The translations under genes were made by a program, and so were the position numbers. From a virus: DNA of 64,000 nt. The stretch spans positions 1-64,000 of the IMG/VR virus record IMGVR_UViG_3300027631_002331. One strand, 5' to 3'. This document shows, piece after piece, positions 9,354 to 19,376 of this stretch. Each line of letters starts with the position of its first letter. Position 1 is the stretch's first letter. The notes beneath the pieces were generated by a model. The model saw only the letters and a list, made by a program, of their open reading frames with translations, did not search any database and was not told the origin of the DNA.

Positions 9354-9675
9354 ACTTGAATATGATATCGCCCGATTAGTTATTGAAGATTTAATTAAAG
9401 GTGATGCATCTAAAGAAGAATTGTTTTTATCTAAAGATCAAATAAAAGTTTTAGAATCAAAGATATCCCTTAAAGATAGTATTATCCTAAAAAAGAATGA
9501 TATTATTGGGAATTATGAAAGTATTATGGGTAAACAAACTGAACAACTTTCATCAATAAAAGACCTTTCCAAACAACTACAACTTGATTTAAAAAAACAA
9601 AAAGCCAAAACCCAACTATTTAAACTAGGTGGGACAGCTGTTCTAATAGGAGCGGTAATATTAACTATATTGTAG
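9274..9675 (+). CDS. signal peptide + coiled coil + C-terminal hydrophobic helix (spanin-like partner)
   Basis: Overlaps 9012 ORF by 80 nt in another frame; ends GGTAVLIGAVILTIL. Confidence 0.55.
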   Translation: MKYIYSKLLILMILNLNVGYSQDTTIELEYDIARLVIEDLIKGDASKEELFLSKDQIKVLESKISLKDSIILKKNDIIGNYESIMGKQTEQLSSIKDLSKQLQLDLKKQKAKTQLFKLGGTAVLIGAVILTIL

Positions 9676-9679
9676 TAAT

Positions 9680-11260
9680 ATGGGTCAATTAAGTATAAAC
9701 GAAATAATAAAGGCGGAATACATAAAATGCGCTAATAACCCAGTACATTTCTTTAAAAAATACTGCTATATCTCTCACCCACAACGAGGTAAAATATTAT
9801 TTAGTCTCTACCCATTTCAAGAAAAAGCATTACAGTTAATAGATAAAAACCCATATTCTATTATATTAAAATCTAGACAGTTAGGTATATCAACCCTATC
9901 TGCAGGTTACGCTTTATGGTTAATGACATTTCATGAGAATAAAACAGTAATGGCTTTAGCCACTACACAAGCAACAGCCAGAAACTTAGTACAGAAAGTG
10001 CAGTTTATGTATGAGAACCTACCCAGCTGGTTAAAGGTTCCATCTATAGAAAACAATAAGTTATCACTTAAGTTAGCAAACTCATCAAGAATATTAGCAA
10101 AATCTTCATCACCAGATGCCGCAAGATCAGAAGCCGTTTCTTTACTGATTATTGATGAAGCAGCGTTCGTTGAAAACGTAGCCGAAACTTGGGCTTCCGC
10201 ACAACAAACTTTAGCAACGGGTGGTGGTGCTATAGTATTATCTACACCAAACGGCACAGGTAACTGGTTCCATCAGATGTGGGTTAAAGCAGAATCAGCA
10301 CAAAACGATTTTTTACCTATTAAACTACCTTGGAATCTACACCCAGAACGAGATCAAGCTTGGAGAGATAAACAAGATGAACTATTAGGTGATCCTAGAT
10401 TAGCCGCACAAGAGTGTGATTGCGATTTTTCATCATCTGGTAATACTGTATTTTATGGTGAATATATTGATTACATAAATAATAATACAGCGAAAGACCC
10501 AGTTGAAAAACGAGGTACAGATGAAAACCTATGGATTTGGGAATACGCTGATTACACTAAAGATTATATAATAACAGCAGACGTTGCTCGAGGAGATGGA
10601 AGAGATTTTTCTACTGCTCATGTTATGGATGTTGAAAGTAATACCCAAATAGCAGAATATAGAGGCCATTTATCAACTAAGGATTTTGGTAATTTTTTAG
10701 TTGGGCTAGCAACCGAATATAATAACGCTTTACTAGTAATAGAAAACGCATCTATTGGTTGGGCTACTATACAACAAGTAATAGAAAGAAACTATGCAAA
10801 TCTTTACTACACACAACGTGGAGAAGCAAGTGTTGATTCGTATTTTGATCCATATATGGATAATAGCAGGATGACTGCTGGTTTTACTATGTCAACTAAA
10901 ACAAGACCTGTGGTGGTTCAAAAGTTTGTTGAATATGTAACTGACAGAAGTGTTACAATCCAATCTAAACGATTAGTTGAAGAGATGAAAGTTTTTATTT
11001 GGATGAATGGTAAAGCAGAAGCACAAACTGGCTATAACGATGATTTAATAATGGCGTTTGGTATGGCAATGTATATTAGAGATACAGCATTAAAATTTAG
11101 ACAAAGAGGTTTGGATATAACTAAGGCCTCACTATCAAATATAGGAGTAAATAAAGTAGCATATCAAGGTGGTTTTAACGCAGTTAATCAAAGTAACGAA
11201 AACCCCTACAAACTAGATAATGGGATAGGCGGCCAAGAGGATATAGGTTGGCTCTTATAA
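9680..11260 (+). CDS. terL: terminase large subunit (T4 gp17-like)
   Basis: LYPFQ; KSRQLGIST Walker A; LLIIDEAAF Walker B; STPNG; ADVARGDGRDFS and NDDLIMA nuclease motifs. Confidence 0.95.
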   Translation: MGQLSINEIIKAEYIKCANNPVHFFKKYCYISHPQRGKILFSLYPFQEKALQLIDKNPYSIILKSRQLGISTLSAGYALWLMTFHENKTVMALATTQATARNLVQKVQFMYENLPSWLKVPSIENNKLSLKLANSSRILAKSSSPDAARSEAVSLLIIDEAAFVENVAETWASAQQTLATGGGAIVLSTPNGTGNWFHQMWVKAESAQNDFLPIKLPWNLHPERDQAWRDKQDELLGDPRLAAQECDCDFSSSGNTVFYGEYIDYINNNTAKDPVEKRGTDENLWIWEYADYTKDYIITADVARGDGRDFSTAHVMDVESNTQIAEYRGHLSTKDFGNFLVGLATEYNNALLVIENASIGWATIQQVIERNYANLYYTQRGEASVDSYFDPYMDNSRMTAGFTMSTKTRPVVVQKFVEYVTDRSVTIQSKRLVEEMKVFIWMNGKAEAQTGYNDDLIMAFGMAMYIRDTALKFRQRGLDITKASLSNIGVNKVAYQGGFNAVNQSNENPYKLDNGIGGQEDIGWLL

Positions 11261-11268
11261 TATTTATA
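11261..11268 (+). promoter_or_regulatory. TATTTATA putative late promoter
   Basis: Between terL and portal. Confidence 0.6.
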
Positions 11269-11281
11269 ATAATAAACAGCG

Positions 11282-13168
11282 ATGGCAGATAAAGGATTAT
11301 TTCCAAGATTAAAAAGATTATTTTCAACTGATGTGATTATTCGCAATACGGGTGGGAATCAAATTACAACTATTGATACAAATACAATCCAAACATCGGG
11401 TGAGTTTGAAACTAACTCACTAGTTGATAGATACGGTAGATTATACGCTGGTAACCCATCATCACTATATGGGGCACAGTTCAATATGAACTACCAATAC
11501 TTACGCACTCAGTTATATTCAGAATATGATTTAATGGATCAAGATGCTATTATAGCATCTGCATTAGATATTATAGCAGACGAATCAACACTTAAAAACG
11601 ATATGGGTGAAGTATTATCCATACGTTCATCTAATGAAGACATACAAAAAATATTATACAACCTATTTTACGATGTTTTAAACATTGAGTTTAATATGTG
11701 GAGTTGGGTTCGTCAAATGTGTAAGTATGGTGATTTTTTCCTCAAAATGGAAATATCAGAAAAGTTTGGTGTATACAACGTTAGACCTTATACAGCATTT
11801 CAAATAGCACGTAAAGAAGGATTCAACCCTGAAAACCCAGAAGAAGTAGTATTTGAATTTAATCCAGATGGTTTTACAGGGGGTGACTCAGGTTACTATA
11901 CTGCACCCAGTCAAACTCCATCTCCAAACGTTATTAGATTTGATAATTATGAAATGGCTCATTTTAGACTTATATCGGATGTTAACTACCTACCTTACGG
12001 CCGTTCTTACGTAGAACCAGCGCGTAAACTGTACAAACAATATTCGTTAATGGAAGACGCTATGTTAGTACATCGAATCGTTAGAGCCCCAGAAAAACGC
12101 ACTTTTTACGTTAACGTTGGAGCTATACCTCCAAACGAAATAGATGCGTTTATGCAAAAAACAGTATCGTCACTAAAACGTACTCCTTATGTTGATCCAA
12201 AAACAGGACAATATAACTTAAAGTATAACATGCAAAATATGTTAGAGGATTTTTATATTCCTGTACGTGGTAATGATACATCAACTCGTATTGAAACTAC
12301 ACCAGGATTAACATATGATGGTATCCAAGACGTAGAATATTTAAGAGATAAACTATTTGCTGCCCTAAAAGTACCTAAAGCATTTTTAGGTTATGAAGCC
12401 GATTTAGAAGGTAAAGCAACATTAGCAGCGGAGGATATTAGGTTTGCTCGTACTATAGATCGTATACAACGAATCCTTATATCTGAACTTAATAAAATAG
12501 CATTAGTTCACCTATATGCTCAAGGATATAGAGATGAAGGGTTGACTAACTTTTCATTAGAAATGACTACACCTAGTATCATATACGATCAAGAAAAGAT
12601 TGAACTATTAAAATCTAAAACTGAACTAGCACAACAAATGTTAGATCAAAAACTATTACCAACAGATTGGATCTATGATAATGTATTCCATTTTAGTGAA
12701 GACCAATATGATGAGTATAGAGATTTAATCAGGGAAGATACTAAACGTGGATTCAGATTAAAACAAATAGAGGAAGAAGGTAATGACCCAGTTGAAACAG
12801 GTAAATCGTATGGTACCCCACATGATCTAGCCTCACTATATGGTAAAGGTAGATCATACAGTGATCCAGGAAACGTACCTGTTGGTTACAACAACGATAA
12901 AGAGGATGTGGGTCGTCCTAAAGACAAAACACGTCGTAATAAACAAGATTCAAACTTCGGTAAAGACAGATTAGGTTCACAAAATAAAGATAACGAAAGT
13001 AACTCTATTAAACCTAACTTCAAAGGTGGTCCATTAGCATTAGAAGATGCTAAAACTACCTACATAAAAAACCAACACCTATTTGAGGGAATGGATAAAA
13101 AGAAAGTAACAGTTGAAAATAAATCTAAAAACCCATCGTATTTAGACGAATCTCAACTTAAAGGTTAA
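11282..13168 (+). CDS. portal protein (T4 gp20-like)
   Basis: MEDAMLVHRIVRAPEKRTFYVNVG, MLEDFYIPVRG, DVEYLRDKLFAALKVPK, EDIRFARTIDRIQ. Confidence 0.93.
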   Translation: MADKGLFPRLKRLFSTDVIIRNTGGNQITTIDTNTIQTSGEFETNSLVDRYGRLYAGNPSSLYGAQFNMNYQYLRTQLYSEYDLMDQDAIIASALDIIADESTLKNDMGEVLSIRSSNEDIQKILYNLFYDVLNIEFNMWSWVRQMCKYGDFFLKMEISEKFGVYNVRPYTAFQIARKEGFNPENPEEVVFEFNPDGFTGGDSGYYTAPSQTPSPNVIRFDNYEMAHFRLISDVNYLPYGRSYVEPARKLYKQYSLMEDAMLVHRIVRAPEKRTFYVNVGAIPPNEIDAFMQKTVSSLKRTPYVDPKTGQYNLKYNMQNMLEDFYIPVRGNDTSTRIETTPGLTYDGIQDVEYLRDKLFAALKVPKAFLGYEADLEGKATLAAEDIRFARTIDRIQRILISELNKIALVHLYAQGYRDEGLTNFSLEMTTPSIIYDQEKIELLKSKTELAQQMLDQKLLPTDWIYDNVFHFSEDQYDEYRDLIREDTKRGFRLKQIEEEGNDPVETGKSYGTPHDLASLYGKGRSYSDPGNVPVGYNNDKEDVGRPKDKTRRNKQDSNFGKDRLGSQNKDNESNSIKPNFKGGPLALEDAKTTYIKNQHLFEGMDKKKVTVENKSKNPSYLDESQLKG

Positions 13169-13176
13169 TATTTATA
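13169..13176 (+). promoter_or_regulatory. TATTTATA putative late promoter
   Basis: Directly after the portal stop codon. Confidence 0.6.
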
Positions 13177-13192
13177 ACTAAATATATATTTG

Positions 13193-14044
13193 ATGCGCAT
13201 CAAACATTCAAAGTATAAGAATACGGGTATCCTATTTGAATTACTCGTACGACAGATCACGGCAGATACACTTAAAGACGGTGAATCACCATCTGTTGAC
13301 TTATTAAAAAAGTACTTCTTTAAAAGTGAACTAGGTAAGGAACTTAAGTTATACGAAAGTATAACTAAATCAAAAGTCTTAAGTGAAAATCAAGCATCTA
13401 CCTTCATTTCTACTGTATTAGAACAGTCAACCAAGTTGAATCGTTCTACATTACGTAAAGAAAAATATAACTTAATCAAGGAAATTAAAAGTTTATATAA
13501 CATAAACGAATTCTTTGCTACTAAAGTAAAAAACTATACACAATTTGCTTCAATCTATACGTTAATCGAATCTCAAAATTCAAAAAACATAACGGATACA
13601 GAACAGATTGTAAATAATAAAGTAAATTTATTAGAACACCTAACTAAATCAGTAGCATCTGATGAGGTTAAAAACGATGTTTTAAGTGAATTCCAAACAT
13701 ACGATAAAGATACAAGAATCTTAACCTACAAAGTTCTTTTAGAAAAGTTTAATGACAAATATGATGATCTATCTAACGATCAGAAGTCAGTTCTTAAAGA
13801 GTTTATCGAATCAGTAGATTCAACCCCCAAACTACGAAACTTTTACAACTCAAAAATCAAAGAACTTAAGTATGCAGTATTAACTGAAGCTAAAGCACTT
13901 AACGATAAAGTTGTAAAAATCAAATTAGTAGAAGTTTCTAAACTACTTACAGAACTTAAGAAAACTGATAAAGTAAATACAGACAACTTAGTTGATTTAC
14001 TTCAGTATTATGAGTTGATTAAAGAAATAAAGCTTACTAAATGA
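13193..14044 (+). CDS. hypothetical head-module protein
   Basis: ATG at 13193 (MRIKHSKYKNTGILFELL); lies between portal and protease. Confidence 0.75.
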   Translation: MRIKHSKYKNTGILFELLVRQITADTLKDGESPSVDLLKKYFFKSELGKELKLYESITKSKVLSENQASTFISTVLEQSTKLNRSTLRKEKYNLIKEIKSLYNINEFFATKVKNYTQFASIYTLIESQNSKNITDTEQIVNNKVNLLEHLTKSVASDEVKNDVLSEFQTYDKDTRILTYKVLLEKFNDKYDDLSNDQKSVLKEFIESVDSTPKLRNFYNSKIKELKYAVLTEAKALNDKVVKIKLVEVSKLLTELKKTDKVNTDNLVDLLQYYELIKEIKLTK

Positions 14045-14442
14045 AAAAATCTGAATTAAAAAAAGAAATACGTGAACGTATTTTAGAAAAAAAGTGTAAA
14101 ACTGCTGATATAGACGAAATGTCTACATCTGGTGGTGCTGGTGCTTACAACACACCATATGCCTTTAAACTTAAAAAGAAAGATAAGGATTTAAGTGAAG
14201 CTTTAAATGGAGACCAACAAGAAGCCTTGATGGACTTACAAAATATATTAGATAGAGCTGCTCAATTAGGAGATGAAGCTAAACAAATAATAAGTGATAC
14301 ATTTCCGGAAGAACTTAGAGGAGCTGAAGCATACGATATATTTAATTTTGGTTCTAGTTCTAATAGCTATGATAATACTTTAGAATCCCTTATTAGTGAC
14401 ATAGAACAACGTTTTTCAGAAGACGAAGGAGATTTAGACTAA
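14041..14442 (+). CDS. putative internal head protein
   Basis: MKKSELKKEIRERILE leader; EMSTSGGAGAYNTPYAF. Confidence 0.6.
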   Translation: MKKSELKKEIRERILEKKCKTADIDEMSTSGGAGAYNTPYAFKLKKKDKDLSEALNGDQQEALMDLQNILDRAAQLGDEAKQIISDTFPEELRGAEAYDIFNFGSSSNSYDNTLESLISDIEQRFSEDEGDLD

Positions 14443-14443
14443 T

Positions 14444-14695
14444 ATGTATAAGTATAGAATAACAGAAAACGATCAAGCAAAAGCTGAAAAGTTTCAAAAA
14501 GAACGTATCGATGCGTTTTCTGACATTGAAAAACAGTTAGTTGATGTAGTTAAAAACATCAGAAAAGCTAAAATAGAAACAATAGCATACTATAGAGATA
14601 ATCCAGATAAGTTTGCTATAGTATATGGAACAGATTTAATACAAGATTATCTCAACGATATAAAAATATTATTAACACCCGACAAAGATGAGTAA
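14444..14695 (+). CDS. hypothetical protein
   Basis: 83 aa ORF, tightly packed. Confidence 0.65.
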   Translation: MYKYRITENDQAKAEKFQKERIDAFSDIEKQLVDVVKNIRKAKIETIAYYRDNPDKFAIVYGTDLIQDYLNDIKILLTPDKDE

Positions 14696-15680
14696 AGAAA
14701 AACTAAACGAGAACTATGTTGATTTACAACCAGTAAATAAGTGGGAATCAGCTCCTGAAGAAAATTATACTACAAAATTCAAAGCATTTCTAGCTGAAGA
14801 AGCTAAAATTGAAGAGAAAAAAGTAACTAAAGAGGTTGAAGAAGTTCAATCACATGGATTCGACTATAGCGATACAAAAAACATTGATAACCTAAACGGG
14901 CAAGAGTTTATGAATGGTGTTTACTTTGAATCAAAAAACAACCCATCTAAAACTTTAGAAGAAGTTCGTGAAGTAGTAGCTAAAAATCTAACTAAAGATT
15001 CTTTACACTATGTTAAAGAAGGACAGTTTGGAGAAAAAGGTGTTGGATACGTAGAACCAGTACAAGAAGAAGCAGCAGGTGATCATGCCTCAAGTGGATA
15101 TGGTACTAAACTAAAAGCGTTAGTCAAAGAATCACTTATGGGTGGTATGGTAGTAACTACAGGTAATCCAAACTCTATAGCAGCTCAACAAGCTCAAGTA
15201 ATCAATAGTATGATGAACGAGGATGAAAGCATCTACGATGAAGATATGCCGATGGATGAAGACGCTAGAACCGACGCTGAAGAAGAAGGATACTTAGATG
15301 GTATGCGTGATGAAAAGTACGACATGAGTGAAGAACTCGAAGAAGAGAAAGAAAAAGACGAAGTAAAAGATAAAAGCGGTAAAGTGAAAAAAGAAAGCGT
15401 AGCACAAACATTATCTAGAATAGATAAAGTAGGTACTGGTGTTGCTTTAGAAGCTAAAATAGTTGCTATCGACGAAGAAATTTCAAAACGTAACGAACAA
15501 CTTAGTATGTTAGACGAAAACGAAGCTATGGCGGCGTTGATGGATAAAGGTAAACTAAAAGAACTACGTAAAGAAGTAAAACTACTTGAAAAAGCTAAAG
15601 GTAAATACAATAAAATGTATGAAAAAGCTACAGGTAACAAAAGAGTAGAAGTTGAAATCGTAGACGAAACCGAAATTTAA
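14688..15680 (+). CDS. acidic prohead-core-like protein
   Basis: E-rich, many (L/V/I)xE sites, C-terminal coiled coil, directly upstream of the protease. Confidence 0.6.
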   Translation: MSKEKLNENYVDLQPVNKWESAPEENYTTKFKAFLAEEAKIEEKKVTKEVEEVQSHGFDYSDTKNIDNLNGQEFMNGVYFESKNNPSKTLEEVREVVAKNLTKDSLHYVKEGQFGEKGVGYVEPVQEEAAGDHASSGYGTKLKALVKESLMGGMVVTTGNPNSIAAQQAQVINSMMNEDESIYDEDMPMDEDARTDAEEEGYLDGMRDEKYDMSEELEEEKEKDEVKDKSGKVKKESVAQTLSRIDKVGTGVALEAKIVAIDEEISKRNEQLSMLDENEAMAALMDKGKLKELRKEVKLLEKAKGKYNKMYEKATGNKRVEVEIVDETEI

Positions 15681-15681
15681 G

Positions 15682-16290
15682 ATGTCAAAATCCGTACTTA
15701 TAGAAACTTCGTTGTTTCAACCGGTCTCATCTCTGGTTGAAAATCGAGGTGGTAGTGGTAATATGGTAGTTGAAGGTATTTTAACTACTGTTAACCAAGA
15801 AAATGGTAATAGTCGTGTTTATCCAAAAGAACTATGGGAGCGTGAGATGAATAAGTATTCTCAACTCATCAAAGAAAACAGAGCATTGGGAGAACTCGAT
15901 CACCCAGAATCATCAATAATCAACTTACAAAACGTATCACATAATATTAAATCCGCTAAATGGGATGGTGATCACGTTATAGGTAAAATAGAAATACTAC
16001 CAACACCATCAGGTAACATTTTAAAAGCATTAATTGAAAATGGTATCACAGTAGGTGTATCATCTCGTGGTATGGGTTCAGTTAAACAAATAGGTGAAAC
16101 TTTAGAAGTACAAGATGATTTTGAGTTATTATGTTGGGACTTTGTTTCAACACCCTCTAACCCAGGATCTTGGATGGCTGAAACTAGATCACTTAACGAA
16201 TCCATAAACAATTCAACATACCAATATGGTAAAGTTGATGAGATAATTAGGGAAATACTATGTGCTAAAGGCACTTGCCCTATATTTTAA
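15682..16290 (+). CDS. prohead maturation protease (T4 gp21-like)
   Basis: NGNSRVYP, GELDHP, VSHNI, GVSSRGMGS, DFVSTPS. Confidence 0.93.
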   Translation: MSKSVLIETSLFQPVSSLVENRGGSGNMVVEGILTTVNQENGNSRVYPKELWEREMNKYSQLIKENRALGELDHPESSIINLQNVSHNIKSAKWDGDHVIGKIEILPTPSGNILKALIENGITVGVSSRGMGSVKQIGETLEVQDDFELLCWDFVSTPSNPGSWMAETRSLNESINNSTYQYGKVDEIIREILCAKGTCPIF

Positions 16291-16328
16291 GATAATTCCA
16301 ACGGACGCTACCGATGGGCAGGAAGATT

Positions 16329-16355
16329 AACCTCACAGTAATGTGGGGTTTTTTT
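16329..16355 (+). terminator. intrinsic terminator
   Basis: AACCTCACA-GTAA-TGTGGGGTT followed by a T tract. Confidence 0.75.
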
Positions 16356-16477
16356 GTATTTTAGTATCTTTTAATATACGTATCATCATACAATATGGCA
16401 TTTACTTATATGTCATCAAAACAAAACTAACCATTATTACACTACTTAATTAGTGTATTTCCAAAAACAAATTTAGG

Positions 16478-17605
16478 ATGTCTAACAGAACAATGCTTAA
16501 AGAAGCAATTGCGGACGCAAAAACCATTAAGGACACTGCTATCGCTAATGCTAAAGCCGCTCTAGAAGAATCTTTTACACCACACATCAAAGATATGCTT
16601 TCAGCTAAACTCCAGGAAATGGATAAGGATGAAGATCTAGATGAAGGTAAAAAAGAAGACTCTAAAGACAAGGTTGAAGAAATGGACGCACCTTCTTACG
16701 ATCGTAAGAGTGGCGAATCATTAGATCCAACTCCTGCTAAAGTAGGTCAAACTACTATCCAGGAAGAGGAAAAAGAACTCGACGAAATGTTAGCTGAACT
16801 TGAATCTGAAATCGAAGAAGGTAAGGAAATAGAAGAATCTAAAGAGGACTCTAAAGACGAACTTAAAGAAGATGACAGCATAGAGGAAGCAGACGAAGAC
16901 GAAGAGGGAGAAATCGATGTAGAAGACGAAGGAGAAATCTCCTTAGACGACGAAGAAATTGACTTAGAAGATATGTCAGAAGATGACCTTAAAGGGTTTA
17001 TCGAAGATGTAATCAAAGATATGGTCAGTGACGGTGAATTGGAGCCAGGTGATGACTTTGATTCTGAAGAAGGTGAAGAAGAAATGGATGCAGACGACAT
17101 GGAAATTGATGTTGATGCTGATGTTGAAATCGCTGAAGAATTAGAATTGGATGAAGCTAAAGGTGAAGACAAAAAAGACGAATCTATTGAAGAAGCTTCT
17201 AAAAAAGAAGATGACAAAATAGAGGAAGCTAAAGACGAAGACAAAGAAGTTAAAGAAGCACTAGAAGAAGTTAATAAACTTAGAGCTGAACTTAACGAAG
17301 TAAATCTTCTAAACGCCAAACTTCTCTACACAAATAAACTTTTTAGAGCTAAGAACTTATCTGAAGCACAAAAAGTAAAAGTTTTAGAATCGTTTGATAA
17401 CGCTACAACAGTAAAAGAAACTAAACTAGTATTTGACACTTTAAGTGAAGGTATTAAATCTGCACCTAAAAAATCAATTAACGAAGTTAAAGGATCTGCC
17501 TCTAAAGTAGTAGGATCTATCACAAAAACGGTTAAACAACCAATTGTAGAATCTAACGATATGGTTGCTCGCTTTCAAAAGCTAGCAGGTATCGCTAAAA
17601 ATTAA
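16478..17605 (+). CDS. scaffolding protein (gp22-like position)
   Basis: Very acidic central region; LNEVNLLNAKLLYTNKLF; ends RFQKLAGI; between protease and capsid. Confidence 0.8.
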   Translation: MSNRTMLKEAIADAKTIKDTAIANAKAALEESFTPHIKDMLSAKLQEMDKDEDLDEGKKEDSKDKVEEMDAPSYDRKSGESLDPTPAKVGQTTIQEEEKELDEMLAELESEIEEGKEIEESKEDSKDELKEDDSIEEADEDEEGEIDVEDEGEISLDDEEIDLEDMSEDDLKGFIEDVIKDMVSDGELEPGDDFDSEEGEEEMDADDMEIDVDADVEIAEELELDEAKGEDKKDESIEEASKKEDDKIEEAKDEDKEVKEALEEVNKLRAELNEVNLLNAKLLYTNKLFRAKNLSEAQKVKVLESFDNATTVKETKLVFDTLSEGIKSAPKKSINEVKGSASKVVGSITKTVKQPIVESNDMVARFQKLAGIAKN

Positions 17606-17610
17606 TTAAA

Positions 17611-19239
17611 ATGAGTTTAAACACTTTATTAGAAAGCGCTAACCCATACCAATCACTTCAGAGTGATTCAGCGCGCCTTGCAGGCAAATGGGAAAAAACA
17701 GGTCTTTTAGAAGGTCTTAAAGGAACAAACAAAAACAACATGTCTATGTTGTTGGAAAGCCAAGCTAAACAACTAGTTGTTGAGACTTCTCAAACAGGTG
17801 GTGGAACTGCATCTCAAGGTACTTTTACTGCAGGTGTAGGTGAGCAATGGGCTGGAGTAGCTCTTCCATTAGTACGTAAAGTATTCGGACAAATTGCTGC
17901 TAAAGAATTTGTTTCTGTACAACCAATGAATCTTCCTTCTGGACTAGTATTTTATCTAGATTTCCAATACGGAACAACTAAAGGAACACACACTGCTGGT
18001 GATTCACTATATGGTGACCAAGGTGGAAATGAGCCTTTTGGAAACACTAACACTGGTGGTTTTTATGGTGCTGGTAGATTTGGATACTCAATCAACAACA
18101 CTGGATCAGCTGCTGGAGCATCTGGAACTGTAGCTGCTGCATCTTGGGCTGACTTGAACTTCAATAGTGACTATTCTGCATCAGCAGCTGCTGGTGATTA
18201 TGTTACTATTGCTATCGCAAAAACAGACCTACCTAACTTAGACGAAACAGGAGTAAGAGGATTTACTATTGCATCTGCTGATGGAGTATTAAATGCATCT
18301 AACAACGTACCTGAGTTTACTACTATCGATGCTAATAACGTAACATTTGTTGCTTTAGACGCTGACAAAGGAAACGTAGCAACTGGAGCTGTAGTTACTT
18401 ACCAACTACAACCAACTGATCAGTTTAGAGGAGATTTCGAAGACGGAAATAACGCAATCAACGGAGACAACTCTCCAATCGCTATTCCAGAAATCAATGT
18501 ACAAATGAAATCATCTGCTATCGTTGCGAAAACTCGTAAATTGAAAGCAGTATGGACACCAGAATTTGCACAAGATTTGAATGCATATCACTCAATCGAT
18601 GCTGAAGCAGAACTTACTTCAATCTTAAGTGAGTACATCTCTTTAGAAATCGACTTAGAGATTCTTGATATGTTATTATCATCTGCAGGTGCAGGTACTG
18701 AGTACTGGAGTGCTATTAACAACAAAGGTATCAATGCTGCTGCAACAGGATTTACTGAAGACCTAGGCTTCTATAACAGCCAAGGACAGTGGTTCCAAAC
18801 TTTAGGAACTAAAATCCAAAAACTATCTAACATCATTCACCAGAAAACTCTACGTGGAGGAGCTAACTTCTTAGTATGTTCTCCAGCTGTAGGTACTATC
18901 TTAGAAAGTATCCCAGGATACGCTGCTGATAGTGATGGTGATGTAAGTGCTGCAAACTATGCGTTTGGTGTACAAAAAGTAGGGGCTCTAAACGGTCGTT
19001 ACAAAGTATACAAAAACCCATACATGACTGAAAATCAAGTATTACTTGGATTCAGAGGTACTCAATTCTTAGAAAGTGGTGCTGTATTTGCTCCATACAT
19101 TCCATTAATTATGACTCCATTAGTATACGATCCAGAAACGTTTACACCACGTAAAGGTTTACTTACTCGTTATGCTAAGAAAGTAGTACGTCCTGAATTT
19201 TATGGTAAAATTGAGATCGCTGGTCTTAATTCTCTATAA
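17611..19239 (+). CDS. major capsid protein (T4 gp23-like)
   Basis: LPLVRKVF, VSVQPMNLPSGLVFYL, AKTRKLKAVWTPEFAQDLNAYH, YIPL, PRKGLLTRYA. Confidence 0.96.
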   Translation: MSLNTLLESANPYQSLQSDSARLAGKWEKTGLLEGLKGTNKNNMSMLLESQAKQLVVETSQTGGGTASQGTFTAGVGEQWAGVALPLVRKVFGQIAAKEFVSVQPMNLPSGLVFYLDFQYGTTKGTHTAGDSLYGDQGGNEPFGNTNTGGFYGAGRFGYSINNTGSAAGASGTVAAASWADLNFNSDYSASAAAGDYVTIAIAKTDLPNLDETGVRGFTIASADGVLNASNNVPEFTTIDANNVTFVALDADKGNVATGAVVTYQLQPTDQFRGDFEDGNNAINGDNSPIAIPEINVQMKSSAIVAKTRKLKAVWTPEFAQDLNAYHSIDAEAELTSILSEYISLEIDLEILDMLLSSAGAGTEYWSAINNKGINAAATGFTEDLGFYNSQGQWFQTLGTKIQKLSNIIHQKTLRGGANFLVCSPAVGTILESIPGYAADSDGDVSAANYAFGVQKVGALNGRYKVYKNPYMTENQVLLGFRGTQFLESGAVFAPYIPLIMTPLVYDPETFTPRKGLLTRYAKKVVRPEFYGKIEIAGLNSL

Positions 19240-19261
19240 TCTAGGAATTACATTTTTTATT

Positions 19262-19294
19262 AAAAGGGGGTTGACTTATGTCAACCCCTTTTTT
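19262..19294 (+). terminator. intrinsic terminator after capsid gene
   Basis: AAAAGGGGGTTGAC-TTAT-GTCAACCCC-TTTTTT. Confidence 0.85.
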
Positions 19295-19323
19295 ATATTT
19301 ACGTATAGTAGATAACTCTCTCA

Positions 19324-19331
19324 TATTTATA
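19324..19331 (+). promoter_or_regulatory. TATTTATA putative late promoter
   Basis: Upstream of 19377. Confidence 0.55.
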
Positions 19332-19376
19332 ACATATATTAATAAGTCATAATAGTATTAGAAAAAGAAATACCAA

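Noticed and set aside
16295-16328. GC-rich stretch after the protease gene as a tRNA
   Set aside because: Too short, with no cloverleaf or T-loop; no tRNA was recognised anywhere in the window.
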